Positions 8,067 to 17,839 of a DNA stretch of 32,000 bases are shown piece by piece. The position numbers and the translations under genes are program-made. The DNA comes from Delftia acidovorans NBRC 14950 (GTDB taxonomy: Bacteria > Pseudomonadota > Gammaproteobacteria > Burkholderiales > Burkholderiaceae_C), in contig NZ_BCZP01000028.1 in the NCBI RefSeq assembly GCF_001598795.1, forward strand, positions 30,001-62,000, read 5' to 3'. Below the pieces are notes generated by a model that saw only the letters and a program-made list of their open reading frames with translations, searched no databases and was not told where the DNA came from. How positions within the stretch are numbered: the first letter of the stretch is position 1; each line of letters begins with the position of its first letter.

Positions 8067-8900
8067 GTCCTCGGGCCAGCCCGCGTCGCGCAGGCCCTGC
8101 CGGTCCAGCACCTCCATCTTGCCGCGCCGCAGTTGCAGGCAACCGGCCTGCTGCAGCTCCTGCAGGATCTGGTTGGTGGTCTGGCGCGACAGGCCCAGCA
8201 TGCGCGCCAGCTGTTCCTGGGAAACATCCAGCTCGCGGCGCCAGCGCTGGCGGCCCTGGCCGTCCGGCTGCCACTGGTCAAAGCCTTCGGCCATGCGCAC
8301 CAGGCGCCGCGCCAGGCGCTGCGGCGCAGGCAGCAGCGTGTGCTCCTCCAGCGCCATCAGGCACACGCGTAGCTTGTCGGTCAGCAGCAAGGCCAGCACC
8401 TGCCAGTGTTCGGGATGGGCCGCCAGCCATGCCTGCAGTGGGGCCTGAGGCACGTGCAGCACGGTGCAGGCCGTGGCTGCCTGAGCATCGTGGGTGCGCT
8501 CGGCTCCATCGAACAGCGCGATTTCCCCCAGCCACATGGGAGGCTCCACCAGGGTCAGCAGCGCCGTGCGGGCCTGCTCGCCGCAGGCGGCCGTTCCCGA
8601 GATGCTGAGCGCCCCACGCGCCACCGCATACAGGCCGCAGGGCGGGTCACCGCGCCGGAACAGCCAGTCGCCTGCCGCCAGCGTGCGTGGCTGGGCCAGT
8701 GCCTTGAGCTGTGCGCCCAGCTCCGGCGGCAGGGCGTGGAACCAGCGGCCCGCCTCGATGGTGGCCCAGAGATCGGCCATGCCCGGCGGGCCGGCCGCAG
8801 CACGGCGCCGTACGCCGCGCGGGGCGGCGTGGGCTGCCGGAGCTGCCGGGGCGGGTGCGGGTAAGCCCGAGGTGTGCGATGAGGCTTGTGTCGGATCCAT
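8064..8900 (-). CDS. Crp/Fnr-family transcriptional regulator (cNMP-binding domain plus C-terminal HTH)
   Basis: cNMP-binding-like core (GDWLFRRGDPPCGLYAVARGAL...GEIALFDG) and HTH (VSQEQLARMLGLSRQTTNQILQEL). The start is ambiguous (ATG 8948, 8900 or 8780). I chose 8900 to avoid overlapping the divergent gene. Confidence 0.78.
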   Translation of the reverse strand: MDPTQASSHTSGLPAPAPAAPAAHAAPRGVRRRAAAGPPGMADLWATIEAGRWFHALPPELGAQLKALAQPRTLAAGDWLFRRGDPPCGLYAVARGALSISGTAACGEQARTALLTLVEPPMWLGEIALFDGAERTHDAQAATACTVLHVPQAPLQAWLAAHPEHWQVLALLLTDKLRVCLMALEEHTLLPAPQRLARRLVRMAEGFDQWQPDGQGRQRWRRELDVSQEQLARMLGLSRQTTNQILQELQQAGCLQLRRGKMEVLDRQGLRDAGWPED

Positions 8901-8962
8901 GACAGACGCCAATCCTTGATGACACCACCATGGTTGCGCAACATCCACCGCAGGTGCAGCCT

Positions 8963-9505
8963 ATGAAAACCCTCATCGACCAACTGTCCCAGTACGCGGA
9001 CTATCACCGTGATCCGCGCAACATCCTCACGCACTTCGTCGGCGTGCCGCTGATCATGTGGGCGGTGGTGATTTTGCTGGCCCGCCTGCAGTGGGCTGTC
9101 CCCTTGGGCGATGGCCTGCCCGAGCTGCCATTGAGCCTGGCCCTGCTGGCGGCACTGGCGGCAGGCATCTACTACTGTCTGCTGGACCTGCGCTACGGCA
9201 TCGCCATGGCCCTGGTGCTTGCCCTGATGCTGGCGCTGGCCCAGCCCATCGCCATGCTGCCGATGGGGGCTTGGCTGGGCTGGGGCTTGGGCATCTTCGC
9301 CGTGGGCTGGGTGATCCAGTTCGTGGGCCATTACTACGAGGGCCGCAAGCCGGCTTTCCTGGATGACATCGTGGGCCTGGTCATCGGGCCGCTGTTCGTG
9401 CTGGCCGAGCTGGGCTTTGCCCTGGGCCTGCGCCGCGAAGTGCAGCACGCGGTGGAGCAGCGCAGCGGGCCCGTGCAACGGCGCGCGGGCGGCGCACACG
9501 CCTGA
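8963..9505 (+). CDS. DUF962 / Mpo1-like membrane protein
   Basis: MKTLIDQLSQYADYHRDPRNILTHFVGVPLI...GHYYEGRKPAFLDDIVGLVIGPLF is characteristic of the YGL010w/DUF962 family. AGGTG lies 6 nt upstream of ATG 8963; ATG 8930 is an alternative start. Confidence 0.78.
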   Translation: MKTLIDQLSQYADYHRDPRNILTHFVGVPLIMWAVVILLARLQWAVPLGDGLPELPLSLALLAALAAGIYYCLLDLRYGIAMALVLALMLALAQPIAMLPMGAWLGWGLGIFAVGWVIQFVGHYYEGRKPAFLDDIVGLVIGPLFVLAELGFALGLRREVQHAVEQRSGPVQRRAGGAHA

Positions 9506-9616
9506 AAACGGCCCGGGCGCTGCAAGCTTGGCGCAGGCTTGCCGCCGTAGCATGGCAGGCGTTCCTGCGGAGCCATCCGTGGGGGCGTGTGCCTGCGCCT
9601 AAAATCACGCTGCTAT

Positions 9617-9636
9617 CCCCCTGCGGGGGCTTTTTT
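9617..9636 (+). terminator. Short putative intrinsic terminator downstream of the DUF962 gene
   Basis: CCCCC (9617-9621), TGC loop, GGGGG (9625-9629), followed by C then TTTTTT (9631-9636). The stem is only 5 bp. Confidence 0.45.
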
Positions 9637-9658
9637 GTTTCAACTCTCCTCATCCATC

Positions 9659-10186
9659 ATGTCTTTCGACAAAGTCACACCGGGCAAGAACGCTCCTGAA
9701 ACCTTCAACGTGGTCATCGAGATCTCGGCCAACTCCGATCCCATCAAGTACGAAGTGGACAAGGAAAGCGGCGCCGTCTTCGTGGACCGCTTCATGGGCA
9801 CGGCCATGCACTACCCGGCCAACTACGGCTATGTGCCCCAGACGCTGTCCGGCGACGGCGATCCGGTGGACGTGCTGGTGATGACGCCCTTCCCGCTGCC
9901 CCCGGGCGTGGTCGTGGCCTGCCGCCCCATCGGCATCCTGCTGATGGAAGACGAGTCCGGCGTGGATGGCAAGGTCCTGGCCGTGCCCACGCAAAAGCTG
10001 CTGCCCGCCTACGACAAGATCAACACGCTGGAAGACATCCACGAGATCACCCTCAAGCAGATCCAGCATTTCTTCGAGCACTACAAGGACCTGGAAAAGG
10101 GCAAGTGGGTCAAGGTGCTGGGCTGGAAGGGCGTGGACGAGGCCAAGAAGGAAGTCGTGGACGGCATCGCCAACTACAAGGGCTGA
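9659..10186 (+). CDS. ppa: Inorganic pyrophosphatase
   Basis: Near full-length collinearity with E. coli Ppa ([29 protein letters not shown]...[19 protein letters not shown]...[16 protein letters not shown]). Trimmed to ATG 9659. Confidence 0.95.
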   Translation: MSFDKVTPGKNAPETFNVVIEISANSDPIKYEVDKESGAVFVDRFMGTAMHYPANYGYVPQTLSGDGDPVDVLVMTPFPLPPGVVVACRPIGILLMEDESGVDGKVLAVPTQKLLPAYDKINTLEDIHEITLKQIQHFFEHYKDLEKGKWVKVLGWKGVDEAKKEVVDGIANYKG

Positions 10187-10260
10187 TCCTTTTCACTCCC
10201 GTTGAGGGAGTCTCAACTGCGCTGAGGTAAATGCCCGCTTCGCAGTTGATACAATTTGAA

Positions 10261-10295
10261 ACGCACCCGTTGCCTACGCGCCGGGTGCGTTTTTT
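10261..10295 (+). terminator. Intrinsic terminator of ppa
   Basis: 9-bp stem ACGCACCCG (10261-10269) / CGGGTGCGT (10282-10290), followed by TTTTTGTTTT. Confidence 0.7.
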
Positions 10296-10367
10296 GTTTT
10301 GTCGTGGATCAGGGTTTGGGCAGATCAATCAGGCGCTGGTGCGAGCCATCAGCCCGGGAGCGAGCAA

Positions 10368-12128
10368 ATGAAGTTGGCAGATTGGCGCATGGGCACGAAG
10401 CTGGGCATGGGATTCCTCGTCATGGTCCTGTTCTCGGCCATCCTGGGGGCGGTGGCCTGGTTGCAGCTGGCGCAGATGCACCGCAACGCATTGCATTTGT
10501 CGGATGTTGCCCTGCCCAGCATGTTCCATGCGGGCGCCATGCGATCCGAATACAACCGCCTGCGCCGTCACGAGGCCGGCATTGCCTCGGCGCGCAGCCT
10601 GGGCGAGGTCGATGGCTTTGCCAAGCAGGTGCAGGACCGGCTGAAGACCATCGGCGAGCACGAGACGGCGCTGCGTGCGCTGATCGACCAGGAGGGCCTG
10701 CGCGCGGCCTTTGACGACTACCTCGGCTTCAAGCAGCAGTTCCTGGCCATGCATGCGCGATTGCTGGAGCGTGCGCGCGCCGGCAACTATTCGACCACCG
10801 AGGAGCAGGCCTTCATGGCCGACGAGATGGGGCTGATGTTTGCCGGCGAATCCGAGGCGCAGTTCGGCAAGCTGGCCGAAAGCGCCGGCCGCCTGCTGAC
10901 CCTGCAGCGCGAGGCGGGCGAGCAGGCACGCCAGCAGGCGCAGGCCGGCTTTGACCTCGCCCGCATCTGGGTGCTGGGCACGCTGGCCGTGGTGGTGGCC
11001 ATTGCCGCCCTGGTGGGCTGGGCCATCACGCGTGCCGTGACCGGCCCCGTCGCCCAGGCCGTCCATGTGGCGCGCAACGTGGCGGCCGGCCATCTGGAGA
11101 CGCCGGTCACCAGCCGCCGCCGCGACGAAATGGGCCAGCTCATCAATGCGCAGGAAGACATGCGCCGCAAGCTCGCCGAGCTGGTGGGCGAGGTGCGCGG
11201 CAACGCGCAGGGCGTGGCACTGGCCGCTGGCGAGATCGCCCAGGGCAATGCGGATCTGTCGGCGCGCACCGAAAGCCAGGCCAGCGCGCTGGAGGAAACG
11301 GCAGCCTCCATGGAGCAACTGGGCGCCACCGTGCGGCAGAACGCCGAAAGCGCACGCCAGGCCAACCAGATGGCGGCCTCCGCATCGGGCATCGCCGCGC
11401 GTGGCGGCGAAGTCGTGGCCCAGGTGGTGGATACCATGAAGGGCATCAACGACAGCAGCCGCCAGATCGCCGACATCATCGGCGTGATCGATGGCATTGC
11501 CTTCCAGACCAACATTCTTGCGCTGAACGCGGCCGTGGAAGCGGCCCGCGCAGGCGAGCAGGGCCGGGGCTTTGCCGTGGTGGCGGGCGAGGTCCGTTCG
11601 CTGGCCCAGCGCAGCGCCGAGGCGGCCAAGGAGATCAAGGCGCTGATCCAGGCCAGCGAGCAGCGCGTGGAGCAGGGCACGCAACTGGTGGACAAGGCCG
11701 GCGAGACCATGTCGGAAATCGTCACCGCCATCCGGCGCGTGACGGACATCATGGGCGAGATCAGCGCGGCCAGCAGCGAGCAGAGCGCGGGCGTGGCCCA
11801 GGTGGGTGATGCCATCACGCAGATGGACCAGGCCACGCAGCAGAATGCGGCCCTGGTGGAGCAAAGCGCCGCCGCTGCCCAGTCGCTGCAGCAGCAGGCA
11901 CAGGCCATGGTGGCCTCGGTCTCGGTATTTCGCACGGCGGCTGCCGATGCGCCAGTTGTCTCTGTGGCGACTGCCGCAGCATCGCGCGCAACGGTTGTTG
12001 CCTCCTTGGCACCGCGTCCGGCCCTGGCTCCCATGGCCGCCAGGCCGGCACAACAGATCGCTGCGGCCACCCCGGCCAAGGCCACCAAGACGGCCACCGC
12101 CGACGATGAGGAGTGGGCCGCGTTCTGA
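10368..12128 (+). CDS. Methyl-accepting chemotaxis protein (4-helix-bundle sensor, HAMP, MA domain, C-terminal EWAAF pentapeptide)
   Basis: Two TM segments ([21 protein letters not shown]; [21 protein letters not shown]), HAMP, and the highly conserved signalling hairpin [42 protein letters not shown] Shine-Dalgarno before ATG 10368. Confidence 0.9.
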   Translation: MKLADWRMGTKLGMGFLVMVLFSAILGAVAWLQLAQMHRNALHLSDVALPSMFHAGAMRSEYNRLRRHEAGIASARSLGEVDGFAKQVQDRLKTIGEHETALRALIDQEGLRAAFDDYLGFKQQFLAMHARLLERARAGNYSTTEEQAFMADEMGLMFAGESEAQFGKLAESAGRLLTLQREAGEQARQQAQAGFDLARIWVLGTLAVVVAIAALVGWAITRAVTGPVAQAVHVARNVAAGHLETPVTSRRRDEMGQLINAQEDMRRKLAELVGEVRGNAQGVALAAGEIAQGNADLSARTESQASALEETAASMEQLGATVRQNAESARQANQMAASASGIAARGGEVVAQVVDTMKGINDSSRQIADIIGVIDGIAFQTNILALNAAVEAARAGEQGRGFAVVAGEVRSLAQRSAEAAKEIKALIQASEQRVEQGTQLVDKAGETMSEIVTAIRRVTDIMGEISAASSEQSAGVAQVGDAITQMDQATQQNAALVEQSAAAAQSLQQQAQAMVASVSVFRTAAADAPVVSVATAAASRATVVASLAPRPALAPMAARPAQQIAAATPAKATKTATADDEEWAAF

Positions 12129-12159
12129 GGCCTCACGCGCAGTTCAGCTTCCTTTTCTG

Positions 12160-12195
12160 GCGGCTCCATGCTTTGCATGGGGCCGCTTTCCTTTT
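12160..12195 (+). terminator. Intrinsic terminator of the first chemoreceptor gene
   Basis: 12-bp stem GCGGCTCCATGC (12160-12171) / GCATGGGGCCGC (12175-12186, one G-U pair) with a TTT loop, followed by TTTCCTTTT. Confidence 0.75.
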
Positions 12196-12620
12196 GTGTC
12201 TGCCGCTGAGCTGGCGCAAGACGGGAGCGAGAGGCTGTGGCACAAATCTGCCAGTGAAGGTTTCTGCCTACTACCAGTACCTGAACTTGTCCTGAACAAT
12301 GCCTGGATACTGGCAGAATGTAAGTGGATGTAGTCCTATTCTTACAGCGTGAACAATGGCGGCTTCTGGCGCCGCTCCCTAGGAGCGAAGGGATATCCCG
12401 TGATCACCTTGTTCTCATGGTCGCCACGCCTGGCGGCAATCAGTCTTCCAGCAGGCCGCGCCACCGCGGTGGCTCTCCCTCTCCAATCCCTGCCAACGAG
12501 CCGACTTGCGCGGCTGCGGCAGATCTGTTTTTGCGAAGTCCGCGCCGGGCCTGGCTGACGCCTGTCCATGGCGCAACACAAAGCTAGGCACAACAAGATG
12601 GCAGGACTTCGACAAGAAAG

Positions 12621-14459
12621 ATGAACGTGAAAAACCTCAAGATCTCAACGCGCATGCTGGGCACCTTCGGCCTGCTGGTGCTGCTGCTGCTGGCCGTGGT
12701 GGCCGCGGCCCTGGTGCAACTGCGTTCCATGCGCGCCAGCATGGAAGTCATCACGGGCAACGCCATGCCCAGCGTGGAAGTGATCAACCAGATCGGCACC
12801 GATGTCGTGCGCACGCGCCTTCTGGAAGTGCGCCATGTCAACAATGACGATGCCGCCTACAAGACCGATTCGGAAAAGCAGCTGGAACAACTGCAGCGCC
12901 GCCTGGCCGAGCGCAAGAAGGCCTATGAGCCGCTGCTGTCATCGGACGAAGAACGCAGGCTCTACGCGCAACTGGTCCAGGAACGCGAGCGCTACCAGCA
13001 ACTGAGCCAGCAGGTGCTGGCGCTGTCGCGCCAGGGCGAGAAGGAAAAGGCCCAGGCGGTGCTGGGCGGCGAGTCGCTGAAGCTCTACAACGATTCGTCG
13101 AACACGCTGGATCTGCTGGTCAAGCTCAACAGTGATGCCGCCTTGCAGGAAAGCCGCAATGCCGAGGCCGTGTACGGGCGCTCGGTCGTCGTTCTCAGCG
13201 TGGCGGCGCTGGCTGCCGTGCTGCTGGCCGTGCTGGCCGGCCTGTGGCTGACGCGCTCCATCCGCGCGCCGCTGGCGCATGCGGTCGATGCCGCAGACCG
13301 CGTGGCCAACGGCGATCTGGGCGGGACCATCCGCATCGACCGCCATGACGAAACCGGCCTGCTGCTGGGCGCGCTGCAGCGCATGCAGTCCAGCCTGGTG
13401 CAGACCGTGCGCAGCGTGCGCCAGAACGCCGAAGGCGTGGCCTCGGCCAGCGCGCAGATTGCCTCCGGCAATGCCGACCTGTCCAGCCGCACGGAAGAGC
13501 AGGCCAGTGCCCTGGAGCAGACGGCAGCCTCCATGGAGGAGCTGGGCTCCACCGTGCGCCAGAACGCCGACAACGCACGCCAGGCCAATCAGCTGGCGCT
13601 CAATGCATCCAGCGTTGCGCGCCGTGGCGGCGACGTGGTGGCCGAGGCCGTGGAAACCATGAAGGGCATCAACGACAGCAGCCGGCGCATCGGCGACATC
13701 ATCGGCGTGATCGACTCCATTGCTTTCCAGACCAACATCCTTGCGCTCAATGCCGCGGTGGAGGCGGCCCGCGCGGGTGAGCAGGGCCGGGGCTTTGCCG
13801 TGGTCGCGGGCGAGGTGCGCTCGCTGGCGCAGCGCAGCGCCGAGGCCGCCAAGGAAATCAAGGCGCTGATCACGGCCAGCGTGGAGCGTGTGGAGCAGGG
13901 CTCGCAACTGGTGGACCGCGCAGGCACGACCATGACCGAAGTGGTAGCCGCCATCGGCCGGGTCACCGACATCATGGGCGAGATCAGCGCGGCCAGCACC
14001 GAGCAGAGCTCCGGCGTGGCCCAGGTTGGCGAAGCCGTCACGCAGATGGACCAGACCACGCAGCAGAACGCGGCCCTGGTCGAGGAAAGCGCGGCCGCCG
14101 CTGCCTCGCTGCGCAAGCAGGCGCAGGACCTGGTCGAGGCCGTGGCCGTCTTCCAGTTGCCCCGTGGCGCCACGGACAGCCATGCGCATGTGCCGCACAG
14201 GGTGGCGGCGGCACCGGCCAGCACCGCAACGCGCCCCGCAGCCCCGCCTGTCCGGCCCGCCCCACCCGCCAGCCCTGCGCGGCCTGCGGCCCTGGGCGGC
14301 GGCGGTGCGCCTGCAGGCGGCGAGACGCTGGCCCGCCGGCTTGAGCGCGATGCCACGCCCCCCATCCGGCCGCGCGCCGGACCCACGCAGGCCGGCAAGC
14401 CGGCACCACGCCAGCCCGGCCAGCCCGGTCAGGGCGATGACGACTGGGAAACCTTCTGA
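12621..14459 (+). CDS. Methyl-accepting chemotaxis protein (4HB sensor, HAMP, MA domain, long Pro/Ala linker, C-terminal DWETF pentapeptide)
   Basis: N-terminal [22 protein letters not shown], second [24 protein letters not shown], and the same conserved signalling hairpin as the upstream paralog. Ends ...GDDDWETF. Confidence 0.9.
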   Translation: MNVKNLKISTRMLGTFGLLVLLLLAVVAAALVQLRSMRASMEVITGNAMPSVEVINQIGTDVVRTRLLEVRHVNNDDAAYKTDSEKQLEQLQRRLAERKKAYEPLLSSDEERRLYAQLVQERERYQQLSQQVLALSRQGEKEKAQAVLGGESLKLYNDSSNTLDLLVKLNSDAALQESRNAEAVYGRSVVVLSVAALAAVLLAVLAGLWLTRSIRAPLAHAVDAADRVANGDLGGTIRIDRHDETGLLLGALQRMQSSLVQTVRSVRQNAEGVASASAQIASGNADLSSRTEEQASALEQTAASMEELGSTVRQNADNARQANQLALNASSVARRGGDVVAEAVETMKGINDSSRRIGDIIGVIDSIAFQTNILALNAAVEAARAGEQGRGFAVVAGEVRSLAQRSAEAAKEIKALITASVERVEQGSQLVDRAGTTMTEVVAAIGRVTDIMGEISAASTEQSSGVAQVGEAVTQMDQTTQQNAALVEESAAAAASLRKQAQDLVEAVAVFQLPRGATDSHAHVPHRVAAAPASTATRPAAPPVRPAPPASPARPAALGGGGAPAGGETLARRLERDATPPIRPRAGPTQAGKPAPRQPGQPGQGDDDWETF

Positions 14460-14462
14460 GCC

Positions 14463-15680
14463 CTACCCCTGGCGCAGCGGGCTGTGGGCCTGCAGCTCCT
14501 GCAGATAGCCGGCCATGCCCTCGCCCTCGCGGTCCAGAAAGCGCGAGATGGCATCGGCAAAGGACGGGTGGGCAATCCAGTGGGCGCTGGGGGTGACCAC
14601 GGGCAACAGCGCCCGCGCCATCTTGTGCTCGCCCTGTGCGCCTCCCTCGAAATGCGCAATGCCGCGTTCTATGCACCAGGCGATGGGCTGGTAGTAGCAG
14701 GCCTCGAAATGTAGGCAATCCACACGCTCCAGTGCGCCCCAGTAGCGGCCGTAGGCCGTGCCCTGCGGGATCTGTGGAGCGTCCGGGGCGCAACTGCCGG
14801 CCGAAAGCCGTGCGGCTGCAGCATCGAGTGCGATCAGGCTGCAGGCCATGGGTTGGCCGTCGCGCTCGGCGACGAACATCAGCCAGTTCTCGGGCATCTG
14901 GTGAGCCATGGCCTCGAAGAAGGCCGGCTGAAGGTACGGGGCGTTGCCGTGTTCCAGATAGGTGCGTTCGTGGCAGCGGTAGAAGAAGGCCCAGTCCTGA
15001 GGGCCCATGTCGGGTCCGTGCACCGCTCGAAAGCGCACGCCGGCCTCGTGCACCTTGCGCCGTTCCTGGCGGATCTTCTTGCGCTTTTCCTGGTTCAGCG
15101 TGGACAGAAAGTGGTCGAAGTCCCGGTGGCCCGCGCCCCCCGCGTTCTGGTTGCTCCAGTGGAACTGCACGGTGCTGCGTTGCATCCAGCCGTCGGCATC
15201 GCAGGCGGCCAGATCCTCGGCATCGCTGAACAGCAGGTGCAGCGAAGACAGCTGCTGCGCCTGGGCCCATTCGCGCACCGCGCGCACCAGGGCTGCACGC
15301 AGCAAGGGCGTGCGCGCCAGCAGGCGGCTGCCCGGCACGGGCGTGAAAGGCACGGCCAGCACGCCCTTGGGGAAGTAGTCCAGCCCGTGCTGGGCGTAGG
15401 CACGTGCCCAGGCAAAGTCGAACACGTACTCGCCATAGGAGTGCGCCTTGGCGTAGACCGGGCAGGCGGCGACCAGCTCGCCGCCCTGCCAGAGCGTGAC
15501 CACGCGGCCGGCCCAGCCGGTTTGCGGCACGGCGCTGCCGCTGGATTCAAGTGCGCTCAGGTACTCGTGGCGCATGAAGGGAGTGGGCGCGGCCTGCGAT
15601 GCCAGCAGCGCATTCCAGGCCTGGGCATCGAGCTGCTGCACGCTGTCCAGCACGCGGGTGATAATTGCGGTTTCAGCCAT
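14463..15680 (-). CDS. DUF482 / FemAB-like GNAT-fold protein (function unknown)
   Basis: FMRHEYLSALESSGSAVPQTGW...YAKAHSYGEYVFDFAWARAYAQHGLDYFPKGVLAVPFTPVPGSRLL is typical of the DUF482 family. Trimmed to ATG 15680. Confidence 0.82.
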   Translation of the reverse strand: MAETAIITRVLDSVQQLDAQAWNALLASQAAPTPFMRHEYLSALESSGSAVPQTGWAGRVVTLWQGGELVAACPVYAKAHSYGEYVFDFAWARAYAQHGLDYFPKGVLAVPFTPVPGSRLLARTPLLRAALVRAVREWAQAQQLSSLHLLFSDAEDLAACDADGWMQRSTVQFHWSNQNAGGAGHRDFDHFLSTLNQEKRKKIRQERRKVHEAGVRFRAVHGPDMGPQDWAFFYRCHERTYLEHGNAPYLQPAFFEAMAHQMPENWLMFVAERDGQPMACSLIALDAAAARLSAGSCAPDAPQIPQGTAYGRYWGALERVDCLHFEACYYQPIAWCIERGIAHFEGGAQGEHKMARALLPVVTPSAHWIAHPSFADAISRFLDREGEGMAGYLQELQAHSPLRQG

Positions 15681-15766
15681 GCCATTCCTTGCAGGCCGGT
15701 GTGACGCGCGCTGCCGCCTTTCGCTGTGGGGTGGCCTTGTCGGCCCTGTTGGCTCCATTGCATTCC

Positions 15767-17416
15767 ATGACGCTCTCCATCTGCACTGCCCAGCTCAACT
15801 TTGTCGTGGGCGACCTGCCCGGCAATGTCCAGAAAATCATTGCCGCAGCCCGTGAAGCTTATGCCACGGGAGCGCGCTTGCTGCTGACGCCCGAGCTTGC
15901 CCTGTGCGGCTATGCGGCCGAAGACCTGTATCTGCGCCCCGCCTTTCTGGATGCCTGCGACCAGGCCGTGCAGCAGCTTGCGCTGGAGACCGCGCAATGG
16001 CCGGGCCTGGCGCTGGTGCTGGGCCATCCCTGGCGCGACCCCGGCGCCGGTGGCGCGTTGCGCAATGCGGCCAGCGTGCTGCGCGACGGGCGCGTGGAAT
16101 GCAGCCATGCCAAGCAATGCCTGCCCAACTACGGCGTGTTCGACGAGCAGCGCTACTTTGTGGCCGGCCAATCGCCCTGCGTGATCGAAGTGCAGGGCGT
16201 GCGCGTGGGCCTGCTGATCTGCGAGGACGCCTGGCATCCCGAACCCGCACGCGCCGCCGCTCAGGCCGGTGCGCAATTGCTGGCCGTGATCAATGCCTCG
16301 CCCTTCCATGAGGGCAAGCAGGCCGAACGCGAAGCCACGCTGGCCGCGCGTGCGTGCGAGACTGGCCTGCCCCTGGTCTACGCACATCTGGTTGGCGGCC
16401 AGGATGAAATCGTCTTTGATGGCAGCTCCTTTGCCGTGCAGGCGGACGGCTCCATTGCCGCGCGCGCGCCGGCCTTTGCCGAGGCCTTGCCGCGGGTGGA
16501 GGTCCGCACGGGCGGGCATGCGCTGGTGCTGGCAGGCGAGGTGATTGCGCAGCCAGGGCACCTGCCGGCGCTGTGGTCCGCCCTGGTGCTGGCCGTGCGC
16601 GACTACGTGGGCAAGAACCGTTTCCCCGGCGCTCTGCTGGGCCTGTCGGGCGGTATCGACTCGGCCCTGGTGCTGGCGATTGCAGTCGATGCCCTGGGAG
16701 CGGACAAGGTGCATACGGTGATGATGCCTTCGCCCTATACGGCCGACATCAGCTGGATTGATGCGCGTGACATGGCTGAGCGCGTGGGCGTGCGCTATGA
16801 CGAAATCTCCATCGCGCCCCAGTTCGAGGCCTTCAAGGCCGCCCTGGCCCCGGCCTTCGCGGGCCGCGCCGAGGACACGACCGAAGAAAACCTGCAGGCC
16901 CGCATCCGCGGCACCTTGCTGATGGGCCTGTCCAACAAATTCGGCTCCGTGGTGCTGACCACGGGCAACAAGAGCGAGATGTCCACCGGTTACTGCACGC
17001 TCTATGGCGACATGGCGGGCGGCTTTGCGGTGATCAAGGACGTGCTCAAGACCGAGGTCTTTGCGCTGGCGCGCTGGCGCAATGCCAACGATCCGTTCGG
17101 CACGGGGCTGGACCCCATTCCGGATCGCATCATCACGCGCCCGCCCAGCGCCGAACTGCGCCCTGACCAGAAAGACCAGGACAGCCTGCCCGCTTATGAG
17201 GTGCTCGATGCCATCGTGCGCCGTTACATGGAAAATAACGAAAGCATCGCCTCCATCGTGGCCGACGGATACGCCAGCGCCGATGTGGAGCGAGTGACGC
17301 GCCTGATCCAGATCAACGAGTACAAACGCCGCCAGGCGCCCGTGGGGCCGCGACTGACGCGCCGCAGCTTCGGCAAGGATTGGCGCTACCCCATCACCAA
17401 CCGCTTCCGCGCTTGA
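15767..17416 (+). CDS. nadE: Glutamine-dependent NAD+ synthetase
   Basis: N-terminal CN-hydrolase domain (LLLTPELALCGY, LLICEDAWHP with the catalytic Cys) fused to the synthetase domain with PP-loop GLSGGIDSAL. 549 aa from ATG 15767. Confidence 0.9.
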   Translation: MTLSICTAQLNFVVGDLPGNVQKIIAAAREAYATGARLLLTPELALCGYAAEDLYLRPAFLDACDQAVQQLALETAQWPGLALVLGHPWRDPGAGGALRNAASVLRDGRVECSHAKQCLPNYGVFDEQRYFVAGQSPCVIEVQGVRVGLLICEDAWHPEPARAAAQAGAQLLAVINASPFHEGKQAEREATLAARACETGLPLVYAHLVGGQDEIVFDGSSFAVQADGSIAARAPAFAEALPRVEVRTGGHALVLAGEVIAQPGHLPALWSALVLAVRDYVGKNRFPGALLGLSGGIDSALVLAIAVDALGADKVHTVMMPSPYTADISWIDARDMAERVGVRYDEISIAPQFEAFKAALAPAFAGRAEDTTEENLQARIRGTLLMGLSNKFGSVVLTTGNKSEMSTGYCTLYGDMAGGFAVIKDVLKTEVFALARWRNANDPFGTGLDPIPDRIITRPPSAELRPDQKDQDSLPAYEVLDAIVRRYMENNESIASIVADGYASADVERVTRLIQINEYKRRQAPVGPRLTRRSFGKDWRYPITNRFRA

Positions 17417-17475
17417 AGCACCTGAGGCGGCGGGGTTTCCTGGCCAGCCGTCTTGCCCCGTATTGCATGCACTGA

Positions 17476-17826
<351 letters not shown>

Positions 17827-17839
17827 GTCCGAGAGCAGG

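Noticed and set aside
5455-8448. A 997-aa + strand ORF spanning the SDR, DUF2889, aldehyde dehydrogenase and Crp-like genes.
   Set aside because: It lies antisense to four well-supported minus-strand genes and crosses their intergenic regions. Its composition (Ala/Gly/Arg/His/Val/Leu/Gln/Asp-rich, with no recognisable motifs) is what the reverse complement of GC3-rich coding sequence produces when stop codons are depleted. It is a shadow ORF.
10213-10249. A 9-bp inverted repeat TCAACTGCG / CGCAGTTGA with a 19-nt spacer, downstream of ppa.
   Set aside because: It lies just upstream of the clear ppa terminator and has no T tract or promoter-like context. It is most simply an additional 3' UTR hairpin. 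A TTGAT-N4 motif inside it does not match an Fnr/Crp box in its second half.
12238-12252. A sigma-54-like TGGCAC...TGC motif in the MCP spacer, and a second one (TGGCCAGCCGTCTTGC) at 17441-17457 upstream of glnB.
   Set aside because: The GG-to-GC spacing is wrong in both: 9 nt between the dinucleotides in the first and 11 nt in the second, against the required 10. I do not call either a promoter.
12378-12526. A series of short palindromes (CCTAGG, TGATCA, CAGATCTG) and a 9-nt direct repeat TGAACAATG (12293-12301 and 12350-12358) in the MCP spacer.
   Set aside because: Palindromes of 6-8 bp and a single 9-mer repeat are expected by chance in about 425 nt. Only the 14-bp palindrome, and marginally the 10-bp one, stand out, and those are reported in the findings.
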